The notes under the pieces are model-generated. The model was not told the origin of the DNA. It was given only the letters and a program-made list of their open reading frames with translations, and made no database searches. The translations under genes were made by a program, and so were the position numbers. Positions 18,871 through 31,468 of a DNA stretch of 32,000 nt are shown piece by piece (within the stretch, counting starts at the first letter, position 1; each line of letters begins with the position of its first letter). This DNA is from Candidatus Saccharimonadota bacterium. GTDB lineage: Bacteria > Pseudomonadota > Gammaproteobacteria > Enterobacterales > Enterobacteriaceae. The stretch is taken from positions 198,547 to 230,546 of the forward strand of contig NZ_AP018162.1 of assembly GCF_004296475.1 (NCBI RefSeq). The letters are read 5' to 3'.

Positions 18871-19230
18871 ATGAATAAAAAAAATATTTTTTATATAAAA
18901 CGTTTATCTAAAGAAATAAAATATAAAATTTCTTTAATTCTAATTAAAAAAATAAATGATTCTAGAATAAAAGATATATCAATAATAGATGTAGATATAT
19001 CTTTAGATTTTAGTGTAGCAAATATATTTATAATTTTTTTAGAAAAAAATAGAAACGAAATAATAAAAAAAATGAAAATAATAAAAAATACTGAAAATTT
19101 TATAAGAAAAATAATAAGTAAATCTTTAGTGGTAAAAAATATACCTAAATTAAATTTTATATATGATGAATCCATATATAAAAATATTAGATTATATAAT
19201 TTAATAAAAAATTTAAATAATAAATGCTAA
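18871..19230 (+). CDS. rbfA: Ribosome-binding factor A
   Basis: 119-aa ORF. 'RLSKEIKYKISLILIKKINDSRIKDISIIDVDISLDFSVANIF' parallels E. coli '[43 protein letters not shown]'. Conserved infB-rbfA-truB order. Confidence 0.85.
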   Translation: MNKKNIFYIKRLSKEIKYKISLILIKKINDSRIKDISIIDVDISLDFSVANIFIIFLEKNRNEIIKKMKIIKNTENFIRKIISKSLVVKNIPKLNFIYDESIYKNIRLYNLIKNLNNKC

Positions 19231-19871
19231 AATATGATGAAAATATATTATTTTTAGATAAACCGTATGGTTGGACGTCAAATTATACATTAAATAAAAT
19301 AAAAAAAATAATTAAAAAAAAAAAATATGGATATATAGGAACATTAGATCCATTAGCTACAGGTATGATTCCTATAATTTTTGATAATGGTACTAAATAT
19401 TTTCAATATATATTAAATTTACCTAAAAAATATAATGTTATAGCCAGACTTGGTAAATTTACAAAAACATATGATTCTGAATCTAAAATAAATATATATA
19501 CTAATAAAATTAATTTTAATATTAATTTTATTTTAAATAAAATTAATTTATTTAAAGGTAAAATTTTACAGAAACCACCTATTTACTCATCTATTAAAAT
19601 AAATGGAATTAGATTATATAATTACGCCAGGTCAAATATAAAATGTATAATAAAAAGTAGATATGTTAAAATATATATTATTAATATAATATCTCTTAAA
19701 AATGAATTTTTAGAATTAGAAATAACGTGTTCTAAAGGAACTTATATTAGATCATTAGTAAATGATATAGGTATTTCATTAGGTTGTATGGCTTATGTTT
19801 ATTCATTAAGACGTTTAAGTATAGGTAATTTTAATAAAATGATTACTATTTCACAATTAATAAATATTTAA
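19224..19871 (+). CDS. truB: tRNA pseudouridine-55 synthase TruB, catalytic domain only
   Basis: 215-aa ORF with the catalytic-Asp motif 'GYIGTLDPLATGMIPI'. It overlaps the rbfA stop by 7 nt. Confidence 0.9.
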   Translation: MLKYDENILFLDKPYGWTSNYTLNKIKKIIKKKKYGYIGTLDPLATGMIPIIFDNGTKYFQYILNLPKKYNVIARLGKFTKTYDSESKINIYTNKINFNINFILNKINLFKGKILQKPPIYSSIKINGIRLYNYARSNIKCIIKSRYVKIYIINIISLKNEFLELEITCSKGTYIRSLVNDIGISLGCMAYVYSLRRLSIGNFNKMITISQLINI

Positions 19872-19881
19872 AAATTAAAAT

Positions 19882-20094
19882 ATGGAAAATGTTGGATCAA
19901 TAATATATCAAATAAATATTTTAACTAATAAGATAAATTATTTAAAAAATCATTTTAATAAAAATAAAAATGACTTTCATAGTAAAAGAGGATTAATATT
20001 AAAAATATGTAAAAGAAAAAAATTATTGAAATATATAAAAAATAACGATATTAATAAATATAAAAATATAATATATGAATTAAAAAATAGTTAA
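19882..20094 (+). CDS. rpsO: 30S ribosomal protein S15, N-terminally shortened
   Basis: 70-aa ORF. 'HFNKNKNDFHSKRGLILKICKRKKLLKYIK' matches E. coli '[30 protein letters not shown]'. An in-frame TAA at 19876-19878 rules out a longer N-terminus. Confidence 0.88.
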   Translation: MENVGSIIYQINILTNKINYLKNHFNKNKNDFHSKRGLILKICKRKKLLKYIKNNDINKYKNIIYELKNS

Positions 20095-20100
20095 AATAAA

Positions 20101-22146
20101 ATGTTTAATTTTAATAATATAACTAAAAATTTTAAATATGGTGAGTATAATATAAAATTAGAAACTGGTTTTATTGCTAGACAGTCTTCATCTTCTATAA
20201 TTGCAAGTATGAATGATACTAAAGTTTTAATAACTGTTGTAGAAAATGATTCATATTCATTTAAAAATTTTCTTCCATTAACTGTAAATTACTATGAAAG
20301 AAGTTATTCATTAGGTAAATTTCCAAATAATTTCTTAAAAAGAGAAATAAAACAAAATGAAAATGAAATATTAATTTCTAGATTAATAGATAGATCTATA
20401 AGACCATTATTTGATAAAAATTATTTTAATGAAATACAAATAACTATAATATCTTTATCAATAAATCCAGATATTAATCCTGATGTTATATCAATAATTG
20501 GAACTTCAGTAGCTTTAAGTATATTAGATATACCTTTTTATGGACCAATATCTACATCTAGAATTGCATATATAAACAATAACTTTATATTAAATCCACT
20601 AAAAAATAAAATGGAATCTAGTAGCCTAGATCTTATAATTTCATGTAATAATAAAACAATAACTATGATAGAATCTTTTTCAAAAGATATATTAGATGAA
20701 ATTTTAATAGAAGCTATATTTTTTGGATATAAAAATCAATTAAATATAATTGATTGTTTAAATGAATTTATTATAAATGTAAAAAATAAAATAATATTAA
20801 ATATTAATAATAAATATACTGAAAGTAATAATTTATATGAGTTAATATCAAATATAGTTTATGATGATGTAAATATTATTTATTTAATTAAGGATAAAAA
20901 TTTAAGAAAAATAAAAATAGAAAATATAAAAAAAATATTATTAGACAAAATAGATGATGTACTATCAGATTATTCTGAATCAGAAATTTTATATCATTTT
21001 AATGACATAGAAAAAAATATATTTAGAAATAAAATATTAAATAATATGATTAGAATTGATGATAGAAAATTTGATGATATAAGAGAAATAAATATAATAA
21101 GAAAATTTTTACCAAGAGTGCATGGATCAGTATTATTCACTAGAGGAGAAACTCAATCTCTAGTTACTATTACATTAGGAATGATGGATAAAAATTCAAA
21201 TGATAGATTATTATTTCACTATAATTTTTTACCATTCTCTACCGGAGAAATAAGTAATATCGGGTATCCCAAAAGGAGAGAAATAGGGCATGGAAATTTA
21301 TCTAAAAGATCAATATTACCATTGATACCTGATATTAATATTTTCCCTTATTGTATAAGAATAGTTTCTGAAATATTAGAATCTAATGGGTCATCTTCTA
21401 TGGCTTCTGTATGTGGAGCTTCATTAGCATTAATGGATGCAGGCATACCAATAAAAAATCATGTAGCTGGTATAGCTATGGGGTTATTAAAATATAGTGA
21501 TGATAAATATATAATATTAACTGATATATCAGGAGAAGAAGATAATTTTGGAGATGTAGATATAAAAATATCTGGAAGTTATAATGGGATAATGTCTTTA
21601 CAAATGGACACAAAGATAAATGATTTAAATATTAACATATTAAAAGATATAATAATTAAATCTAGAGAAGCTTTAATTAAAATATTAAATATAATGAATA
21701 ATAATATATCTAAATATGATAAAAAATTATCTAAATTTGCTCCTGTAATAAATACTATTAATATATGTAAAAGTAAAATAAAAAATATAATAGGAAAAGG
21801 TGGAATTACAATTAAAAATATTATAAAAGAAACAGGATCTAATATAGATATTAATGATGATGGAGTAATTAAAATATTATCTCCAAATAATAAGATTTAT
21901 TTAGAAACTTTAAATAAAATAAATAATATATTATATATACCAAATATTGGAGATTTATATATTGGTACAATAATAAAAATATTAGATATAGGATTAATTG
22001 TTAATATAGATGATATAAATAAAAAAGGTATAATTAAAAAAAATATATTAACAAATTTAAATAAAAAATTTATTATTGGCCAAAAAATAAATGTTAAAAT
22101 CATAAATATGAATAATCCAGATTATATAAAATTAAATTTTAATTAA
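20101..22146 (+). CDS. pnp: Polynucleotide phosphorylase
   Basis: 681-aa ORF with two RNase PH domains ('RIDDRKFDDIREI', 'HGSVLFTRGETQ', 'GSSSMASVCGASLALMDAGIP'), KH ('IGKGGITIKNI') and an S1-like C-terminus. It follows rpsO. Confidence 0.95.
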   Translation: MFNFNNITKNFKYGEYNIKLETGFIARQSSSSIIASMNDTKVLITVVENDSYSFKNFLPLTVNYYERSYSLGKFPNNFLKREIKQNENEILISRLIDRSIRPLFDKNYFNEIQITIISLSINPDINPDVISIIGTSVALSILDIPFYGPISTSRIAYINNNFILNPLKNKMESSSLDLIISCNNKTITMIESFSKDILDEILIEAIFFGYKNQLNIIDCLNEFIINVKNKIILNINNKYTESNNLYELISNIVYDDVNIIYLIKDKNLRKIKIENIKKILLDKIDDVLSDYSESEILYHFNDIEKNIFRNKILNNMIRIDDRKFDDIREINIIRKFLPRVHGSVLFTRGETQSLVTITLGMMDKNSNDRLLFHYNFLPFSTGEISNIGYPKRREIGHGNLSKRSILPLIPDINIFPYCIRIVSEILESNGSSSMASVCGASLALMDAGIPIKNHVAGIAMGLLKYSDDKYIILTDISGEEDNFGDVDIKISGSYNGIMSLQMDTKINDLNINILKDIIIKSREALIKILNIMNNNISKYDKKLSKFAPVINTINICKSKIKNIIGKGGITIKNIIKETGSNIDINDDGVIKILSPNNKIYLETLNKINNILYIPNIGDLYIGTIIKILDIGLIVNIDDINKKGIIKKNILTNLNKKFIIGQKINVKIINMNNPDYIKLNFN

Positions 22147-22159
22147 TATACTTTAAATT

Positions 22160-23710
22160 ATGAATAATATTTCTTTTTTAGATTTAGGTATTAAAGATTT
22201 TTTAATAAAAAAATTAAACAACTTAAATTATATTAATCCATTTCCTATACAAAAATTATGTATACCTGAAATATTATCTAAAAAAGATATTATAGGTATA
22301 GCTAACACTGGAAGTGGAAAAACTCTAGCATTTGTTTTACCTATTTTAAATAACTTAAATTTAAATAATTTATATCCTCAAATATTAGTATTAGAACCCA
22401 CTAGAGAATTAGCAATTCAAGTAAGTAATGTATTTAAAAAGTTCTCTTGTGATATTAAAAATATAAATATATCTATTTTATGCGGAGGACAAAATTATAA
22501 TAATCAATTTAAAAGTTTAAATTTAGGATCAAATATAATAATTGGCACTCCAGGAAGAATATTAGATCATATAAATAGAAAAACATTAAATTTATCTAAT
22601 ATAAATACATTGGTTTTTGATGAATCTGATGAAATATTAAAAATGGGATTTATAAATGAAGTAGAAAAAATAGTATCTAACATAGATAATAAAAATTATC
22701 AGACTATTTTATTTTCTGCGACTATGTCTAAATATATAAGATTTAATATAATAAATAAATTTACTAAAAACCCAAAAGAAATAATAGTTAAAAATGATAT
22801 AGTACCTAAAATAGAACAAAATTATTGTATAGTTAATTCTTATAATAAAGAAGATGTTTTAATAAAATTTATAGAAATAATAAATTTTAATTTATTAATA
22901 ATATTTACTAAAAAAAAATATTCTACAATTTATATTTCTGATTTATTAAGATCTAAAGGTTATAATAGTTGTTATTTAAATGGAGATATGAATCAATTAT
23001 CAAGAGAAAAAACTATAGAATCATTATCAAATAAAAAATTTAATATATTAGTTGCAACAGATATTGCCTCAAGAGGTATAGATATAAAAGATATAGATTT
23101 AGTAATAAATTATGAAATTCCTGAAAATGTAGATACTTATGTTCATAGAATAGGAAGGACAGGAAGGGCTGGAAGATCTGGAAAATCTATATTATTTCTA
23201 AATAAGGAATTTAATTTTATAAAAGTTTTAGAAAAAAAATATAATTATATTATTAATAAAATTGAATTTCCTAAAGATAAGGAAATTAATAATTTAAGGA
23301 TAAATAAATTTATTAATTTAGTTAAATCTTATAATGATTTAAATTTATATAAGAATGGTTCTTTATTAACAAATGAAAATATATTAAATAACTTATTAGA
23401 TTTATATAAATCTGATGTTAATAAATTAATATTAATTTTATTAAATATTATAAGTAATAATAATAATTATTATGAATTTATTAGTAAAAATAAAACTAAA
23501 ATAGTAAATAATTTAATAAAAATAAAATTAGATAACAAATATTATAATTTAAAAAATAATATATTTGATTTTTTATATAAAAAGTTTAATATTGATAAAA
23601 AATATATAAAAATAGAAAAATTTAGTGAATATTTTTTAATAAAAATATTTAATAAAAATTTAAATTATAAAGATATTAAAAGTAAAATATATTTTTTAAT
23701 TAATAATTAA
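22160..23710 (+). CDS. deaD: DEAD-box ATP-dependent RNA helicase DeaD (CsdA)
   Basis: 516-aa ORF. Q-motif 'PFPIQ', motif I 'ANTGSGKT', Ia 'PTRELA', II 'DESD', III 'SAT', VI 'HRIGRTGRAG'. 'GYNSCYLNGDMNQLSREKTIESL' matches E. coli DeaD '[23 protein letters not shown]'. It sits downstream of pnp. Confidence 0.9.
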   Translation: MNNISFLDLGIKDFLIKKLNNLNYINPFPIQKLCIPEILSKKDIIGIANTGSGKTLAFVLPILNNLNLNNLYPQILVLEPTRELAIQVSNVFKKFSCDIKNINISILCGGQNYNNQFKSLNLGSNIIIGTPGRILDHINRKTLNLSNINTLVFDESDEILKMGFINEVEKIVSNIDNKNYQTILFSATMSKYIRFNIINKFTKNPKEIIVKNDIVPKIEQNYCIVNSYNKEDVLIKFIEIINFNLLIIFTKKKYSTIYISDLLRSKGYNSCYLNGDMNQLSREKTIESLSNKKFNILVATDIASRGIDIKDIDLVINYEIPENVDTYVHRIGRTGRAGRSGKSILFLNKEFNFIKVLEKKYNYIINKIEFPKDKEINNLRINKFINLVKSYNDLNLYKNGSLLTNENILNNLLDLYKSDVNKLILILLNIISNNNNYYEFISKNKTKIVNNLIKIKLDNKYYNLKNNIFDFLYKKFNIDKKYIKIEKFSEYFLIKIFNKNLNYKDIKSKIYFLINN

Positions 23711-23713
23711 ATA

Positions 23714-24862
23714 TTAATTTTTTTTAAAAAAACATTTAATATAATTAAATATATATTTTAAATTTATTAATTTAGATTCATTATTTTTTCTTATTTTAAT
23801 TTCTATTAGATTATTTAATGTATTTTTTTCATTAATTATTAATATTAAAGGTATACCAATTAATTCTATATCTGAAAACATATAACCTATACTTTTATTT
23901 ATATCATATATTATGATATCAAAAATATTAATTTTTTTTATTTTATAAAAAATTTTTTTAGATATTTCATTTACAATTTTTGATTTATAAAAATTTATTG
24001 GAATAATACATATATCAAATGGTGATATAGATTTTGGCCATATTATACCTTTACTATCATTATTTTGTTCTACTATAGTATATATTAATCTGGATATACC
24101 TATTCCATAAGAACCCATATTAATATATTTTTTATTTCCTAATTTATCTATAAAATTAAAATTAAATATTTTAGAATATTTATCTCCTATTTTAAATATA
24201 TGAGCTATTTCTATATCACTTTCTTTATTAAAATTTGTTTTAAATTCATGTGATATATCTCCTCCCATATTTTTAGATTTAACTTTATATATATTAAATT
24301 TTAATTTAAATTTATTAAATATATTTTTATATAAATTATATATTCTATAATAAGTTTCATTTAAAGAATTAATATCTATATGAAAAGAATATGCATCTTT
24401 CATTATAAATTCTTTAGTTCTTATTACTCCATTACTGAATCTTATTTCATTACGAAATTTATTATTTATCTGAAATAATTTTATTGGTAATTCTTTATAT
24501 GATGTTGTTTCTTTACTTAATATATAAGTTATTATTTCTTCATTTGTAGGACTTAATATATACTTTTCATTTTTTATATGAAAAATTTCATTACCATATA
24601 TATTTAATCTATCACTTAATTTCCATAATTCACTATCTTGAAGAATTGGAATAGATATTTCATTGAAATTTACACTTTCCATTTTTTTTTCTATTATAGA
24701 ATTTATTTTTTTTATAACTCTTAAACCTGTTGGTAACCATATATAGGATCCAGATGATATTTTTTTTATTAATCCAGATTTAATCATTAGTTTATGACTT
24801 AATGTATAATTATTATTTATTTTATTTTTAGATGTATATAATTTATAATTACTTACTTTCAT
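23714..24862 (-). CDS. proS: Prolyl-tRNA synthetase lacking the INS editing domain
   Basis: 382-aa ORF. 'SHKLMIKSGLIKKISSGSYIWLPTGLRVIKKI' matches E. coli '[32 protein letters not shown]'. Motif 2 is 'FRNEIRFSNGVIRTKEFIMKDAYSFH', motif 3 region is 'MGSYGIGISRL', and the anticodon-binding C-terminus is present. Confidence 0.92.
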   Translation of the reverse strand: MKVSNYKLYTSKNKINNNYTLSHKLMIKSGLIKKISSGSYIWLPTGLRVIKKINSIIEKKMESVNFNEISIPILQDSELWKLSDRLNIYGNEIFHIKNEKYILSPTNEEIITYILSKETTSYKELPIKLFQINNKFRNEIRFSNGVIRTKEFIMKDAYSFHIDINSLNETYYRIYNLYKNIFNKFKLKFNIYKVKSKNMGGDISHEFKTNFNKESDIEIAHIFKIGDKYSKIFNFNFIDKLGNKKYINMGSYGIGISRLIYTIVEQNNDSKGIIWPKSISPFDICIIPINFYKSKIVNEISKKIFYKIKKINIFDIIIYDINKSIGYMFSDIELIGIPLILIINEKNTLNNLIEIKIRKNNESKLINLKYIFNYIKCFFKKN

Positions 24863-25048
24863 GAATATTTATTTCATTTTAAAATTTTATTGTTAAATAA
24901 TATAGATTTATATGTTTTTTTTTTATATAATCATATTTGTTATATATTAATTATTTTTCTATTAAATAATAGAATGATTATATAAAATTTAAATATATTT
25001 TAGTTTACTATAATATGTTTTTATTTTTATATAGTATTTTATTATTTA

Positions 25049-26647
<1,599 letters not shown>

Positions 26648-26694
26648 TTTATTTTATTTTAGGTGTTTTATAGAAAAAAAAATTGAATAATTTT

Positions 26695-26768
26695 AGGCTT
26701 GTAGCTTAGTATGGTAGAGCACACCTCTGATAAGGGTGAGGTCAGTGGTTCAAATCCACTCAAGCCTA
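26695..26768 (+). tRNA. tRNA-Ile (anticodon GAT), in the rrn spacer
   Basis: AGGCTTGTAGCTTAGTATGGTAGAGCACACCTCTGATAAGGGTGAGGTCAGTGGTTCAAATCCACTCAAGCCTA. Near-identical to the E. coli ileT family, with anticodon loop CTGATAA. Confidence 0.95.
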
Positions 26769-26773
26769 CAATA

Positions 26774-26846
26774 GGGGCTATAGCTCAATAGGTAGAGCAT
26801 CTGTTTTGCAATCAGAAGGTTAGCGGTTCAATTCCGCTTAGTTCCA
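26774..26846 (+). tRNA. tRNA-Ala (anticodon TGC), in the rrn spacer
   Basis: GGGGCTATAGCTCAATAGGTAGAGCATCTGTTTTGCAATCAGAAGGTTAGCGGTTCAATTCCGCTTAGTTCCA. The G3:U70 identity pair is retained. Anticodon TGC. Confidence 0.95.
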
Positions 26847-26863
26847 TTTAAATAAAAAAAAGG

Positions 26864-29798
<2,935 letters not shown>

Positions 29799-29816
29799 AT
29801 AAAAAAAGAATATTTT

Positions 29817-29958
29817 TATTTGATAATTATAACGTGATAGAACCACCTGAATAAAAATAATATTTTATTTATTTTTTCCATTCCGAACTCAGAAGTGAAA
29901 TGTCATAGTGCCGATGGTAGTGTATTAATTTATGTGAGAGTAGGAAATTATCAAATAA
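29817..29958 (+). rRNA. rrf: 5S ribosomal RNA with an internal AT-rich insertion
   Basis: Helix I is ATTTGATAATT / AATTATCAAAT. The conserved core 'CCGAACTCAGAAGTGAAA...GCCGATGGTAGTGT...GAGAGTAGG' is present. About 142 nt, against ~120 nt normally. Confidence 0.85.
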
Positions 29959-29970
29959 AATTTTTATAGT

Positions 29971-30043
29971 AGAGGAGTAACTTAAAAGGAAAAGTACTGG
30001 TCTCCAAAATCAGTAGTTGAGAGTTAAAATCTCTCCTCCTCTG
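29971..30043 (+). tRNA. tRNA-Trp (anticodon CCA), distal gene of the rrn operon
   Basis: AGAGGAG-TA-ACTT-AAAAGGAA-AAGT-A-CTGGT-CTCCAAA-ATCAG-TAGTT-GAGAG-TTAAAAT-CTCTC-CTCCTCT-G. Discriminator G73. Same position as trpT at the end of E. coli rrnC. Confidence 0.93.
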
Positions 30044-30056
30044 TTCTATAAATTTT

Positions 30057-31463
30057 TTATTTTCCTATACAAAATTTAGAAAAAATTTTATTTAAAATTT
30101 CATCATTAGATAATTCTTTACCAGTAATTTCTATTATTTTTTTTATTGACAAAGATATATTATTAAGAAATAATACTATATCATTACATTCATATATATC
30201 TTTAAATTCATTTAATATTTCTAATGAATTTTCCATTAAATTTATATATCTTTTAGAAGATAAAAATGTAGTATTACTAATATTGAAATTAAATTTATTT
30301 ATTAAAAATTTTTTTATTATATTTATACCAATATTTTTTTTTGCAGATATATTAATTATATTTATATTATTAAATTTGTATAATCCAGGTTTTTCGTTAT
30401 TTATATCAGATTTATTTTTTATTATTAAAAATTCTATTTTATTTTTTTTTATTATAGAAAAAATATATTTATTTAAATTATCTTTTAATATATTTAGTAT
30501 ATTATTACTATTTATTTCTGAAATATCAATTTTTGTATTTATTACTATTAATAAATAATTAGATTTATTTAAATTTTTTTTTGTATATTTTATTCCTATT
30601 TTTTCTACTATATTATCAGTATTATGTATTCCTGCGGAATCAAATATATTAATATCAATATTGTTTAAACTAAATTTATCACATAATATATCTCTTGTTG
30701 TTCCTGGAATTGAAGTAACTATTGCTTTATTTTTATTAATTAATTTATTAAATAAAGTTGATTTACCTACATTAGGGTTACCTATTATTGATATATTTAA
30801 TTTATTACTTAAAAATAAATTTTTTTTTGATTCATTTATTAAAATTTTTATTTTTTTTTTTACATAAATAAATAAATTATTTATATTTTTATATGATACA
30901 TCTATATTTTCATATGAAAAATCTATTAATGATTCTATATCAATTTTAATATTATTTAATAAATTAATTATATTATTTACTTTTTTAGAAAAATTTCCTT
31001 TTAATGATTTAAAAGATAATTTTACTAAATCTATTGATTCTGATTCAATAATATTTAATATGGATTCAGCTTGTATTAAATCTATTTTATTATTTAAATA
31101 TGCTCTTTTTGAAAATTCTCCATTATATGCTAATCTAGCATATTTATTTTTTATTATACAATCTAATATATAATTTAATATTATTGGATTTCCATGACAT
31201 TGAAATTCTAATATATCTTCTCCAGTATATGAATTAGGTGATTTAAAAAATATTAATATACCTTCATCTATAATTTCATATTTATTATTAAATGGATTAA
31301 TAAATTTAGAAAATTCAGCTAATCTATCTTTTAATTTTTTTTTTTTAAAAAAAATTTTAGATATTTCATTAACATTATTGCCAGATATTTTAATTATTCC
31401 TATTCCACTTTTTCCAATTGGAGTAGATATTGCTATTATAGTATCTTTTTCATAAAAATTCAT
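30057..31463 (-). CDS. mnmE: tRNA modification GTPase MnmE (TrmE/ThdF)
   Basis: 468-aa ORF. G1 'GNPNVGKST', G3 'DSAG', G4 'NKSD', and the diagnostic C-terminal 'CIGK'. Confidence 0.95.
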   Translation of the reverse strand: MNFYEKDTIIAISTPIGKSGIGIIKISGNNVNEISKIFFKKKKLKDRLAEFSKFINPFNNKYEIIDEGILIFFKSPNSYTGEDILEFQCHGNPIILNYILDCIIKNKYARLAYNGEFSKRAYLNNKIDLIQAESILNIIESESIDLVKLSFKSLKGNFSKKVNNIINLLNNIKIDIESLIDFSYENIDVSYKNINNLFIYVKKKIKILINESKKNLFLSNKLNISIIGNPNVGKSTLFNKLINKNKAIVTSIPGTTRDILCDKFSLNNIDINIFDSAGIHNTDNIVEKIGIKYTKKNLNKSNYLLIVINTKIDISEINSNNILNILKDNLNKYIFSIIKKNKIEFLIIKNKSDINNEKPGLYKFNNINIINISAKKNIGINIIKKFLINKFNFNISNTTFLSSKRYINLMENSLEILNEFKDIYECNDIVLFLNNISLSIKKIIEITGKELSNDEILNKIFSKFCIGK

Positions 31464-31468
31464 ATAAT

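Noticed and set aside
24863-25048. rRNA operon promoter calls, such as TATAAT at 25009-25014 and TTGTTA at 24890 and 24937
   Set aside because: Hexamers resembling -10 and -35 boxes occur every few tens of nt in DNA this AT-rich. I found no pair with both good boxes and 16-18 nt spacing, so no call is justified without 5'-end mapping.
30283-30867. Two plus-strand ORFs (30283-30558 and 30661-30867) opposite mnmE
   Set aside because: They are antisense to mnmE, whose G-domain motifs and C-terminal CIGK are unambiguous. Their F/I/L-rich low-complexity products look spurious.
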